Positions 28,230 through 42,729 are shown, numbered from the stretch's first letter. The stretch: DNA of 64,000 nucleotides from the human T2T-CHM13v2.0 reference genome, Homo sapiens (GCF_009914755.1 NC_060925.1), one strand, 5' to 3'. Numbers and translations are program-made. The notes: a model not told the origin generated them from the sequence alone.

Positions 28230-28330
28230 TGTGTGGTTCTTGGAACAACATAAGTTTTGGTTGATTTAGGATCCTGATTTCACAGGATACTGTATCAACT
28301 GCTTTACCAAGATCAAAGTACATGGGTTCA
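28230..28330 (-). mobile_element. CR1/L3-type RT fragment
   Basis: Minus-strand translation YFDLGKAVDTVSCEI resembles the non-LTR RT motif YLDFSKAFDTVSH. Confidence 0.6.
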
Positions 28331-28719
28331 CTGCATTCCTTTCAGTTGCTAATTCAGTTGTGCTGTAGCCAGGCAATCCTGGAGCCTTGAAATCCAGGAT
28401 TCTGGTCAAGGTGAGGAAGCAGCCCTTCCTCCTGGCCTTTTCATTCTGCAAATACCTTTTCTTTCCTTCTTAATATTTATTTATTCAGCAATGTGGCCCA
28501 GGCTCTGCATCCCTGACTTCCTAAAGCTTTCAGCCTAGTGCCCCTAGACAAGTGGTTACATTCTTGCTACAAACTGGAAAGTCTCTGAGCCCCTCACTCC
28601 ACTCCTCCCCACTTCTTTTCTTCTGCTGTATTTATGGCACTGTACCTCATGAACTTTCACACAAGGGAAAGCAAACTCAATCCAATTGGGTCTTATGGGT
28701 AAGAAAATGTGTTGGTTAA

Positions 28720-28950
28720 AGTAGATTCTGGTCAGCCAGGCTATCGAAGTTTTAGTATTTACTAGCAGTGTGACTTTGGGCAAATTACTTAACATCTCCA
28801 TGTCCATGTCTGTTTTCTCATCTGTAATATGAAGATAACAATAACTCCTACCTCATAGGGTTGTTGTCAGGAATCATTGAAGTGTTAATACATGTAAAGT
28901 GCTTGGCATTTATTAAACTAGGATTAGTTAAAAAATTGATGAATAAGCTA
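28720..28950 (+). mobile_element. MIR
   Basis: tgtgactttgggcaaattacttaac...ctcatctgtaa...cctcatagggttgttg. Confidence 0.85.
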
Positions 28951-29256
28951 TTAAAAGTTCATAATAAAGTTTCTGGAGTTTTCAGGTACTCCGTTTCTCT
29001 TTCGTGCTATTTGCCTTGGCTATTCCACTACAGGCAAAGGAAAGGAGATGAAATTTAAAGTATCTAATTTTGTAACCTTAAATTATTCATGAATTGTTTT
29101 TCTTCGTGTAGACTCCATTATAATGTATAATGGAGAATTGTATTCAAGATATGATGTGTGTGACTTATTCCTTATGAACTCTGAAAGTCATTTTTAAGAA
29201 CACTTCTTAATAATGAACATTATATTTATTTGACTTTTTAGGATCCAACCCTTTTA

Positions 29257-29668
<412 letters not shown>

Positions 29669-31414
29669 CTACCACAGAAGATTAACAGACAAAACATGCT
29701 TTCCAAAGAAGAATGAATTATAGGACAGTATTTCATCTATGTAATACACATCAAAATCAACAGTCATTAAATAATCCAAGGCTATTCATTCCTAGCAGTC
29801 TGTGCTGGGAACATTTTGAACAGTCTTTTATACAGGTATTTGCATTTAGTCAGAATTTTGGGGGATCTTACCCTTCTTTCACAGTATTATGCCTAGTAAA
29901 TCCCAGTACATCAACCATCATGTCCTACTTTACATGCATTTTTTTGCATACTAATTGAAGAATGAGAGAGGAAGCTTGGAAAAAATGTATTAAGATTTTG
30001 TTTATCACAGTTTGATCAGTGGATCAGTCTTATTATTTTATAAAATAATATCCAGCTGCAGCTCAAGTGCATATTTTACCTAATTTATATCTACTTATAT
30101 TCCTATGGCTTAAAGTCAGTTGACCTATTACAAAATACATGTTTATCCTTTACACTTTACCAAAATCTGGCGAGGTGATGAGGGTGTATGATGCACTTGA
30201 GAGAGAGCATTACAAGTTATCTTTTTAAAGTGGGATTTTTTTTCTGAGCAAAAGATATGTAGTGCAGAATAATATATCCACAGCCAAAATGCACCCACTC
30301 ATTTCTATTCAATTAAAAGAAGGAAGAACAGACCCAGGGTGAGTTTTCGTTCCATTACCTAAGGCTTTGAGAATATCACTTAACATCTGTGAGCCCTGCT
30401 GCTGCTTCTGTAACACATTAATAATGACACCTCCCTGCGAAGGTAGTTCTGAGAATTCATTGAGGCAGGGCCTGTGAGGGTTTGTCCTATGTAATGTTAG
30501 TAATTTTGTGCAAGGTGTGTGGGTTCATTGTGTGTGTTTGGAAGCTGAGGAAATTGGAGCACTGAGCTTAGAGAGATACCAGCTCAGGCCTGTAGCCACC
30601 CTGGCCCTACCTGCCTGGTGGTTGGATCTTCTAAGTCATGCTGTGGGGTGCTTTAAGTAGTGCTTTCCTTCTTGCTTGCTCAAAATCAGGAAACCATCTT
30701 ACAGGCATATTTTTTTTTAAACATGATTTGCGACCCCTTGCTGCATTTTGTCATGTGAAATGACACTTACTCTGGTTCTTTAAAGATGGCTAATAATCCT
30801 CTATGGGTAAATGCCAATCAGGCCAGCCAGTTGGCTCTGCGAAAGGCTTCCTTGAAAGCCATGGTTCAGGTTTTGCAGAGGCCAGGAAGTGAATGTGAGT
30901 GCCAGAGACCTCCTTCCCAGAAAATCCTGTTGCATGTGCTACCCCGGAGGTGAAGACAAGGTAGGGACACTGCTGTGAAGGCTGATAGTGCAGAGAGGTC
31001 ATCTCTTTGGCAACCAGACAGCTTGTCATTTTTTATTTTCTTGTTTGTAAAATCCATGTGTAATAATCACCAGGACTCCTGATATTCACACAGAGAATTG
31101 CTTGTGGCAAACATTTTTAACCGCCAAACTAAGATCTTTCTTAAGATGAAGAAAGATAAGCAGCATTGTTTTTTAGAGATGAGTTTATCATCTCCTCCTC
31201 CACACCCATTAGTCCTCAGAAAAGCTATTTCTTGAAACTGAATTTGGAGCTTCTAAAATGGCTTTCACAGTGTTGGTCTCTTCATCTGGGGATTATGGTA
31301 CTTAGGGAGTGGAGACTTTCAAAGTGAACCTTCCACATTTTTCCAAAATCTTTTGTGGCATAATTTGTGCCTACCTGAGAGCGCATTTTTTCTTTTTATG
31401 AGGTTGTGATTTTA

Positions 31415-31469
31415 ATATATATACATACACGTGCACACACACACGTGCGCATGCACACACACACACACA
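31415..31469. repeat. Compound (TA)/(CA)/(CG) alternating purine-pyrimidine microsatellite
   Basis: ~55 bp of unbroken RY alternation. Confidence 0.9.
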
Positions 31470-33157
31470 AAAGCATAACAGCGGCTATGAGAAAGAAACA
31501 CTTCTGCATGAAACACAGAAGGAGCGGGCGAATAGCTGACCAGGGGAAAGTATGAGATGGTGTTCAGGCCTCATGGTAGTTAGGATTAGGAAATGTCAGG
31601 GGCTGTGTTGTATTCTCCAAACTGTAAACTTTGGGAGTCGTACAGAGTGAATGTTAATAAATATTTTTGATAAGGAGGAGGGTTTGGGTTTATAGGGAGC
31701 CTAAGAAAGAGAAATGTGGCTGCCCTTCCCCCACAGCTGGCCACTGCTCTGGAGGGGAGAGTATTAGACATTTGGGTGTGGACATAGCAGCATAGGCAAA
31801 TACCATTGTTAGTCTCCCACCAAATGCTCTTCTGTATTTTGTTACCTATTAAACCATACAAACTCTCCTATATATCATTAAATTATCACTCAGTACAGTA
31901 CTTGGACAAAATAGGAATAGTCTACTGTTAACTGTTTTTAGATTAATGACTTTGAATTTTTCCTAAGAGAGATTTTAAGAAGTTAGATAGTCTAATCGCA
32001 TGAGTCCCAAATATAAAAAACAAAGGCTCTGCAGGTTTAAGTTTTCCTTTGCCTTTTCTTAAGAATTTAAATATTTTTCTTCAGAGGTTTTCCTTGGGCT
32101 CTTAGATAATGAGTAACAAAAATGAAGGAGGGATACCAAAAGATATTTCAAAACATAATTGTGTCCTTAAAAACATGGTAATAATTGACAGGGTTTTTAA
32201 AATGAGAGAAGTTTCTAGCTAAATGCCCTGCTTCACATCCCCACTCCCCACACTGAGTACTTTGTGGAAAATATGTGGTAGCTGTTTGGGAAGAAGTATT
32301 AAGTTTGTGAAAAGACATGAAGAGTTGCCAGGACCACGGTAAGCAAAGGATTGAGAGAAGGAAAAAGGTGAACAGAGCTAGACCCTAAAAGGATGCTAAG
32401 ATCCCTTGAGAAGTCTTTTAGTAAGAAGCCCTCCTTAGACTGCGAGTGCCTAGTGGACAGGAATGCATCTCACTGGTCCTTGCAGTCTTCTTCCCAGCCC
32501 CTGCCTTTGTACTTGAAGGCCATGGTCATCTGGGTGCACTACAATTCAAGTCTGTGAGGTGAGGAGAAAAGGGTGGGTGAGGTGTAGTTCATCGTCTGGA
32601 GGCCTCAGTATTGTCAAGACCACCCCCCCCCCTTTTTTTTGTGAGTGCACAAGACTCTTAATCACCTTTTCATTTGGTTGCGTCAGGAGCCTCATAGCAG
32701 CATGCTACTGACAGGTGATTGTGAACTAAGTGTTATAGCAGAAGGAAACAGAAAATGAGAGAATGTCAACTTGAAGCCATGTGTGTTTTTGTGAACATCA
32801 TTTGCCACTTTCTTAAAGAGCCCCAGTTAGAGAAAAAATAATGCAGGAATCGAATTTTAGTCAGCTTGTTAGGTTCTGAACTGGACAGACTTTGTACCTT
32901 GGCATATGAGTAGCCATTCTAGAACCTTTTGAACTTTTGCCACCAAGTAATTCTGGAAAGGCTGACAGCCAGCAGTAGGTAATGGAAAAAGCCAGTATCC
33001 TCTGCCCGAGAAATTAAGGTGTGTATTATTCAGGTGGTTAAAGAAACTGCCTACCACAACAGCAATAGCTGGTAAGTAGCAGGATCATTCAGAGATGAAG
33101 GGATGGATCACAGGATGGTTGCTGTGCTGGACTTTCTCCCTAGAATTCATGATCATT

Positions 33158-33720
<563 letters not shown>

Positions 33721-34744
33721 TGCTTCAGTCAAAACTGAGCTTCATATGTAGAATGATTATTGTTTGTATTCCATTCTCCATTTTGAGTATGGAACCATGA
33801 ATGCCAACAGCTTGATAATAAAAGGAGCCGTTTGTCAAGAGACAGTCCTGTAAGCGCTTTTTAACCTGGTAGACTGCATGTAAGGGCAGGCAGGTTACAA
33901 ATGCGAATCCCCATAGCCAGCACACTCTACATACAGCAGATTCTTAAGCCATCTGTGTACTCTTTTTAACACTGTACTGAAGTCCACTTAAGTCAGAGTT
34001 CAACAAAATGAATGAATGTAATCCCAGGACTATGGAACTTCTCTGTGATTACATAGCACAGAGAACTACGGAATCATTTTCTGGAAGAATGCACCATGCG
34101 ATTATGCTCCATGTGGAATTGGTATATATAAATGTTGGTAGACTGTGAGGATGAGGTTGACAGGTTGATCTGAGTAGAGACCCTAGGAGGAACCGAGGAT
34201 ACTATGTAGTTTTGTTGTTGTTACTGTTTTGCAGTTCCTGGCTGCTCTGTGTTGGCAGCTGTGTGCACGCTTTCTCTTTTGAGCCAGCGAGGCACAAGAC
34301 AAGTAATTTCCCATCTTGAATCTCTCACAGCTGCTGAGCTGTAGTGGATATACTGGGATGTGGCTATGAACTTTAAAAATTTGCATAAATCCAGCCCCTA
34401 CTCCCCTGCAAAGGCTCAGTCTTGTCTTTACACCTTCCCCGAGGTAATTATTTTCTGGGGGGTAGGGGTGGGGGTTGGGAGGGTGAAGAAAGGAAGAAAA
34501 AGAAGGCCGACCACACTGGGCACCGGCGGAGGAAGCGTGGAGTCCATTGATCTAGGTACTTGTGGGGAGGGGAGAACCCGAGCAGCAGCTGCAAACGGAA
34601 GGGCTGTGAGCGAGCGGGCGGGCGGGTGGCTGGCAGCGAGGCCACCAGCAGGGGGGGCCCGGGCCGAGGCCGCGCCACCTCGGCACCACGCGGGCAGCCG
34701 GTGCGGCGGGGTCGCCACGGCCAGGGGAGCGCTGGGTGCCCACC

Positions 34745-34885
34745 ATGGCAGTTATGCAAGCGGTGACCCCCTGGTCTTGCCTCCCCGCCGCCCTGCACTC
34801 CTTCCTCCCCGCTGCCGACACTTGGATCTCTCTAGCTCTTTCTCTCCCCTGTGTTTTCAAACAGGAAGTGCACGGCTGTCTATAA
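34745..34885 (+). CDS. Candidate uORF (46 aa) in transcripts from the internal promoter
   Basis: Near-perfect Kozak GCCCACCATGG; MAVMQAVTPWSCLPAALHSFLPAADTWISLALSLPCVFKQEVHGCL*; stop lies inside exon 2. Confidence 0.3.
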   Translation: MAVMQAVTPWSCLPAALHSFLPAADTWISLALSLPCVFKQEVHGCL

Positions 34886-35009
34886 CGTGCTGCCGGGTCT
34901 CAGGATGGAGGAGTGAAGTCTCCTGTCGCCGTGGTTCCAGCCTCCGGAGCTCGCCCAAGCCGCGTCCCCAGAGAGCGCCCTGAGAGAACAGGGTGGCCGC
35001 TTGGTCCAG
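34865..35009 (+). other. LRRC8D: Non-coding exon 2 (145 nt, 5'UTR)
   Basis: Long pyrimidine tract ending ctctttctctcccctgtgttttcaaacag| and donor CAG|GTGCGC followed by G-runs. Confidence 0.8.
34905..34916 (+). CDS. Minimal uORF Met-Glu-Glu-stop
   Basis: cAGGATGGAGGAGTGA; A at -3 and G at +4; the only ATG in exon 2. Confidence 0.55.
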   Translation: MEE

Positions 35010-36673
35010 GTGCGCGGGGTCGGGTCTGGGTCCAGGGAGCGGGTCGGGAAGTCTGCGGCACGGAGCACTGCTAGTGTCGGATCTGCATCTCCAGCTCTGT
35101 GCTGCAGCTTCACTTGCCCGCCCCCCACCACTGGCTTCTCACCCGGGGTCTCTGCCAAACTCTGGCTGCTGCCGCCCTGGGTTCGGGCCGGCGGAAGGCC
35201 CTGGGCGTGCGCTGCGGAGCCGCCTGCGAGGACTCCACTAGGGCGCTTTCCAGGCTGGACTGCCCCGGGCTGCGCTGGAGCTGCCAGTGCCCGGGGAGTC
35301 TTCCTGGAGTCCCCAGCTGCCCTCTCCACCCTCTCCTCCAGCTGCTGCTGCCTGAAGCAGCAGCTCTTTGTTCCTCCCTTACTGGTCTGGGGTCATACAC
35401 ATAAATGTCCTGGGAGGCAGGGTGGTGGGAGGGTAAGGGGTTGGGACGTAGGGAAGAGGAAGAAGATGAGTTGTGGGTGAAGTGTAAGGTGGACAGGAGA
35501 AAAGAATCTTAGTGTCCATGCTCAGAAATCAGCTCTTCAGCTGCTGAAACAGAGGACCCCGGTTCCTTGGTTTCTGTTTTGGGAAAGCCAGGCCATGCCA
35601 AACAGAGGGAATTAATGATGCAGGCACACACCGGAAAGGTAGGGACCAGGAATGAGGCACAGCAGCGAGTTCTGAGATGTTTAGTCTGGTGTCTGGCTTG
35701 TTAACTCCACTGTGGTTTCTGAGCCAGGCCTCCTCGCTGAGACAGAAGGTACTTTAACATATGAGCCAGGCATCTTTATTAATTCCATTTGTCATCAAAG
35801 TAAAATTGAGAGTGACTTTTCTCAAATTCACCAGGTAGATTATACTTTCACTTCCACATCGTGTTCCATCTCAAATGTTCATAGGAGAATAAAACACTAG
35901 GGTTGGTTTTATGCTACAGACGTTTTGCATCTTTATTTCCCTGGCAGGTCCAATCTTTCTCCAGAATAACTCAGATTGACTTCTCCCCCCAGTGAAAGCC
36001 TAGCCTTGTTTTACCGCCTGTTTATCTACCTGGTGAAACTCTAGTCTTGGGGAGGACACTAAGGGGAGTGGGATGGCTGAGAATAATCAGTTTGATGGGA
36101 TCATTATATGGCCTCAAATTAAATGTTTGAGCCCTGTTAAAGCCAGTAGCATCTTCTTAATTTTTATTTCCGAGGAAGGGATGTGAGCATATGACTAGAG
36201 GGGAGGAAAGTGAGACTCTGCCAAAGAAGATCTCTCCCTGTAGCACAGAGGAAAAGTGAATCTGTGTAGCACAGTATCACATACACTGCGCGCTTTCACT
36301 TTATCGGGTAGCCAAGCCATCTAAGGAGTCAGGGTTAGGTGTAGAATTTACATTCATGACGTGGGATGCTGACTATAGCATTCTGATGCTGAAAATTTTA
36401 TCATAAAACATATTTACTACATAATTAAGTTTGCTTTGAAAGGAAAATTTACCAGGGTGGTACAAATTTACCAGCTTGAGTACAAAACATGTAATCAATA
36501 AGTACATGGCATTAAGTAGCCAAAATGCACTATGAAAACTGAACAATTAAACTTATCCTTCCTAGATAGACATGAACTTCGTAAGTTTGAATTTAATTGT
36601 GAGATGGCTGTGTTTATGCCTCTTCTTGCCAAATACGTCATGAAAAGTGAGAAAGTAATCGAGAGAGATTCTT

Positions 36674-36952
36674 TTTATTTTGAGACGGTTTTTCATTCTG
36701 TCACCCAGGCTGGAGTGCAGTGACGTGATCTCAGCTCACTGCAATCTCTGCCGCCTGGGTTCAAGCGATTCTCCTGCCTCAGCCTCCTGAGTAGCTGAGA
36801 TTACAGGTGCACGCCACCACACCCAGCGAATTTTTGTATTTTTAGTAGAGACAGGGTTTCACCATGTTGGCCAGGCTGGTCTCGAACTCCTAACCTCAAG
36901 TGATCTGCCCACCTCAGCCTTCCAAAATACTGGGAGGCCACCACACTCAGCC
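36674..36952 (-). mobile_element. AluSx-like with a small deletion near its 5' end
   Basis: Reverse dimer; TSD ...AGAGAGATTCTT. Confidence 0.93.
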
Positions 36953-37003
36953 AGTCAAGAGAGATTCTTGAAAGACCTGTACAACCATAGTGTTTTGCAG
37001 CTA

Positions 37004-37305
<302 letters not shown>

Positions 37306-39866
37306 ACTGCCTCTACTTTTATACCTATGTGTGTTCCTTGCCCCCCAGTTTATTAATTTATTTGGGGACTTTCTTTAGCATCTGTCACTCTGCTCTAAGA
37401 TACAGTAGAACAGCTTTTGTGAGCCTCCAAATCTCCCATTTAAGAACAGAGTCTCCTTCTATTCTAGTGATATTTAAACTCAGAAATCATAACTGGCCTT
37501 TAGATTGTCATGTTCTGTTTACACAGTGTATATGATGTATTTTTTTTTTTTTTTTTACTCCTTTCAACAGAGCTAAACTCTTCTTGCTCCTTTCAATGAT
37601 GTAGTGAAGTAGGATTCATTTTCTCCAGTTTATGGAGAGAGGAAACAGGCTGATGAGATGTAACTTGTCAGTGGTCGTATTAGTAAATGGAGTTGTTGGG
37701 ACCTGAACAAGGTCTTCTGATGTAATCCGTGGTTCTTTTGTAGTCTGGAAAGCCGCTGCCTAAGGAAGAGGTGGCAGTGCTGATTCAGGTGGTCCTTTGC
37801 CATTCCAAAAGAAAGCTGGATTGCCTTACCAAATCTCCAGGTTTTTCGTTATACCTCTTCACTCAGGCTCTGCCCAGAACTCAAGGTTTGTTTTCATTTT
37901 TAAAGCAGTTTTTTTTTTCATATTTGAAATTTACACTTCCTGTGTGTCTGTGACTAGATTTAGCTGTGTTTGCACCAGTGTGATTTGTATTCTGCCAAAA
38001 TTCTAGTAGTATATTTTAATTTACAGATACCTTTTGTCAGGTTTTAGTGAGCAAGTATCTTTCCAAGGGATCAGATTACCATATTTTAATTTTTTAGAAT
38101 TAAAAAACCTCTTCTGGCTTACTCCTAGGGCAGTTTATATCCCAGAAAATTAATTAATTAGTAAATGATATATATGACTCTCCACTCCCCACTACTGCTG
38201 CCACTGTGCGCATCCCCTACTCTTTCATTCCAGCTCACAGTAATCCACTGAGAGGCTCACATTACAGAACAACGTGAGCAAACCCATGTAACTTTAAATT
38301 ATAGATTAAATATTTTTGTAACATTCCTTAGATGCAAGTAAGTTTATTTCCTTATCTTTGTAGCGCTTAAAGTTGAGGCTCTCTTTAGTTACAGTTTTAA
38401 TGTTGCACCATTAACTAAACTGTAAAATTATGGTTTAATTTGTTATACTGCAAATTAAAATTTGGAGTACAATTTTCATAAGTGTTGGATAAAATATTTG
38501 TCTTCTCTTCAATAATTGGAATATTTGTAGTGGCCTATAACTTCCCCTCTGTAAAACTGTGGTCAAAACCCTCAGGGAGAGGAGAAGGTAAAGGAGGAGC
38601 AAAAGAGAGGAAATGAGAGCTCATTGTTTTGTAAGGGAGGAATGAAATGATACATGTATGGTTCCTTAATACGCAGTGCACTGCCTTTTCTGTCTGTCGG
38701 TGAGTTGCAGTGGCTTGTGAACCAGCCGTGCATCTCTTCCAACAGAAAGGCTAAAAATGAAAGGGTAACTAGCTTTGATGTTAAATGCCAAGGAAAAGTT
38801 AATGGCCAAGAGGGGACTAGGAGTGGAGATAAATGCAAGTTAAGATTTCATTTTTTCAAAACTTTTTTTCCCTTCACGTATATTATAAAGTAAAAAATGC
38901 CTTCTTAGTCAAATTGTAAACTGTAATGCAGTGGCTCCTGACACCAAAATCAGGAAGCTTTTATTTAATATTAAAAGATTTCAACGATCTTAACTGGTTC
39001 ACTGTTTTACTTCGTATCTCTTATAATTGCAGATGTTTCATGAGAGTTATTTAATATCAGCCAAGTATATATTGCAAATAATGACTTCAGCATCTTCCTG
39101 TATTTGTAAAATAGCACTGCATGTATATATGAGGTAGGGATTCAGCCTACAGACCTCTTGCAGTACCCTGAAGTCTACAGGTTGGGAATTGAGGCCAAAG
39201 CAAAACAACTGCTCCAGACTGAAAATGCTGAAATGGTGATGAAAAATGCATAATATGTTAGCCATCAGATTATAAAGATTCCCAGGTGGAATTTTTCCTC
39301 TTTGTTGTACATTAAAAGGATGATGTGTTAAGCCCTGATTTTGGATCTGGTCATGTTTCCGGGCTAATCGTTTTTCATGGTCAGCTTTGAGATCTTTGCA
39401 GTTAGTCATGGATAACTGGATTTCTCTTAAGAGCATTTTCCCTACAATACTTCTGCGAATATGCCTTCCCTGTTTTTGTAGAGTCAGGACTGTGAGGCCA
39501 GTTTCAGAATCATGATGGTCATAGCCACTACCACCACCACCACCAGCCCTATATTCATTTCCCAGAAGCTAAAAGAGGCTTCCCAATCTTAACCTTTACA
39601 ATTTGTGGTAAGTTTAAGGAAAGGGAGATAGGATTTATCCCTGTTCTGCAGTGGGAAAAACTGATGTGTGGGTTCATATTGAATTAGTCTCTCTGATTTC
39701 TGTGTGTGTTGTATTGACATGAATGTAAGTCATTCTGCTTGAGATAGGTTGAGCAGGGCATGGAAATCTAATAGGGTTATTTCATGAAGTTCCTTTATTT
39801 GTTAAAAGAAATTACTTCCTATCTATTGAACACCATATTTTTCAGGCATTGACAAATAGACACTGA

Positions 39867-40224
<358 letters not shown>

Positions 40225-40599
40225 AATAACCCTGTTTTATGTGAAGAAACTGAGGCAGGCAGAGACTCCAAGTCACACAGACAAGCTAAGGCCTGGACTT
40301 GGATCCAGGTTTGTGCAGTCTCCAACACTAAAACATTTCCCTCACTGTATATCCTGCTTTCCTTGTTCTTGAACTAGACTATGTAAAGAAATGATCATGG
40401 TTTGTTTAGTCTTACCTACCCTTTCAGCAAAAGTTAAGTTAAAACTGTAAACAATATGGAGACAGTACAAATAGGGACATGAAAGGGTCAACATTTTTAT
40501 GAATATTTTTGGCTTCCATGTAGTATGTATTAATTTTTTTCTAAGCAACCTAGGCATATGGAATTTATTGGCCTTCATGAGAATTTCTTGAGGCGATAT

Positions 40600-41484
40600 T
40601 GACCACAAACAATATTGCTGGATCATAGGATATATGCGTACTAGGAACTGCATAATTTTACTGGGAACTGCACAGATAGTTGCCAACTTTATATCTCCAC
40701 CAATACTGCATAATGCCTTTTTTTTTTTTTAAACAAATTTCCTGATTGCTGCCAACCTGATAAATGTTGATTATACCTAATCAATTATAATTATACCTAA
40801 CCAAAATTAATGGTTTAATTTTGCCTTTTTCTGATTGCTAGTGAGGCTGAACATGTCTTCATTTACTTAATTTAATTTCCCTTTTCCATGAATTGTCTTT
40901 TTATGTCTTTAGCCTGCCCTTTATTTTCTGTTGGGTCTCTTGCCTTTTTCTTGCAAGAACTTCTTGAGAGAATTTTTGTAATGTTTCTTGTGTATTCTAG
41001 AAATTAATTCCTCTTTGTCTTTAGACATTGTAACTTTCTTCTAGTGTGTCACTTTCCTAATAACTTTGTCTATGGTGCCTTTCAGTAATAGCAACAATAA
41101 AATCTTTAGTTTTAATGTACTTGTCTCATCACTTTATATTATTATTATGGTCTGTGCATTTTGAGTCATTTAAGAAATCCTCCCCTATTCTGGGCTCACA
41201 ATGTTGTCTCTCCTCATTTTCTTTTATTAACTTCAAAGGTTACTCTTATTATTTGGGTTTTTAAACTCTTTGTAATTTGAGATACGAAGTATTAACCCAA
41301 TTTTTATTTTTAAAAATCTGGTCATATTGTGAGCCAGTTTTCCCAGCACTATTTGCCAACTAGTACATTCTTTCTCCACAGAGTTTTGGTGCTACCCCTA
41401 AGATGTCAGTGCATATATGTAGATGTCTCTTTCTGAGATCTCTATTTGGTTCCAGTTGACTTAATTGTATGTTCTTGGGCCTTT
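40600..41484 (-). mobile_element. Old L1M ORF2-3' fragment
   Basis: gctagtgaggctgaacatgtcttcat...ccagttttcccagcactattt motifs. Confidence 0.7.
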
Positions 41485-41497
41485 GATACACTGTTTT

Positions 41498-41958
41498 ATT
41501 TATTTATTTTTCAACTTTTATTTTAAGTTTAGGGGTACAAGTGTATACTACAAAGGTAAACTCGTGTCATGGGGGTTTGTTATACAGATTATTTTATCAC
41601 CCAGGTATTAAGCCTAGTACCCATTAGTTATTTTTCCTGATCCTCTTCCTTCTCCACTTTTCAAAAGGCCCCACTGTGTGTTATTTTCCTCTATGTGTCC
41701 ATGTGTTCTCATCATTTAGCTCCCACTTATAAGTGAGAACATGTGGTATTCGGTTTTCTGTTCCTGTGTTAGTTTGCAAAGGATAATGGCCTCCCACTCC
41801 ATGCAAGTCCCTGCAAAGCACATGATCTTGTTCTTTTCTATGAATTTTTATGTTCTTTTTTATCAAGGAATACTACTCCTTGGTGTATATGTACCCCATT
41901 TCCTTTATCCAGCCTGTCATTGATGGACATTTAGGTTGACTCCATTTCTTTACTATTG
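41498..41958 (-). mobile_element. 5'-truncated L1PA13-16/L1PB 3' end
   Basis: gtaaactcgtgtcatgggggtttg...gctcccacttataagtgagaacatg; TSD GATACACTGTTTT (41485-41497 / 41959-41971). Confidence 0.9.
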
Positions 41959-42729
41959 GATACACTGTTTTAATTGTTGCATGTACCTTTATATAACATG
42001 ATTTTATTAGCATGACTTCTTGTTACATGTACATTTATATAACTTGACCTTATTGTTATGATTGATACATTAATATAAATTTTAAAGTTCAAGACTTTAA
42101 GATTATTTTGAGGCAGATTCCTTGCCCTTATTTGTATGTGTTAACTTTTTGCAGCTACACATTTTCTAAAAACACATTTCTAAAAGACACATTTTTCTAG
42201 AAATGTGTCGACCTATCTAGGAATATTGTTTAATTTCCTTACTTGGTAACATAATTTTAATATTGCTGACGTTACATTTTCTTCTGTTTTTTTGTGTTTT
42301 TTTTTTTGTCTTTTCTTTTCTTCTTTTGTTAGCAGTTATGGCTCCCTTTCATACTTGGTCATCTGTGTAGGGCAGTGGTGTGTCACTGCAAAGGCTTGTC
42401 CTCCTCTGTTGCTCTGTATGTGCTTGTAGAGCTATGAGGTACATTCCTGGTACGGCTTTTGAATGAATGTTTTATGAGGTGTGATGCTTACTGACTGCAT
42501 GGGTGAATACTCTTGAAAGTCTCTTAATTACAGATGTCTCTTTATTATTGGGACAACTTTGTCAGTTTCAGCTTGATTTTCTCCAAGTTTACTTTGCTCT
42601 AGTCTTCTCAGTTTAGTGGGTCTTATTCTTCCCCGTCTGCAATTTATGTCACACTGAATGCTAGGTCACTTTATTTGGTAAGTGGGTGTTTGTGTGCCTC
42701 TGCAGAGTACAATGTATTTTCCCCTTGTC

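Larger units (their letters stand above)
34500..35300. promoter_or_regulatory. Second (intragenic) CpG island, probable alternative promoter
   Basis: High GC/CpG around exon 2, GC boxes, flanking G-rich tracts, CTCF-like motif at 34645-34658. Confidence 0.85.

Noticed and set aside
34360-35480. Overlapping 100-207 aa ORFs in the second CpG island
   Set aside because: GC-content artefacts with no domain-like features; they ignore the clear splice sites
39047-39436. 129-aa ATG ORF on the minus strand in AT-rich DNA
   Set aside because: No recognisable homology; a few ORFs of this length are expected by chance across six frames of 64 kb
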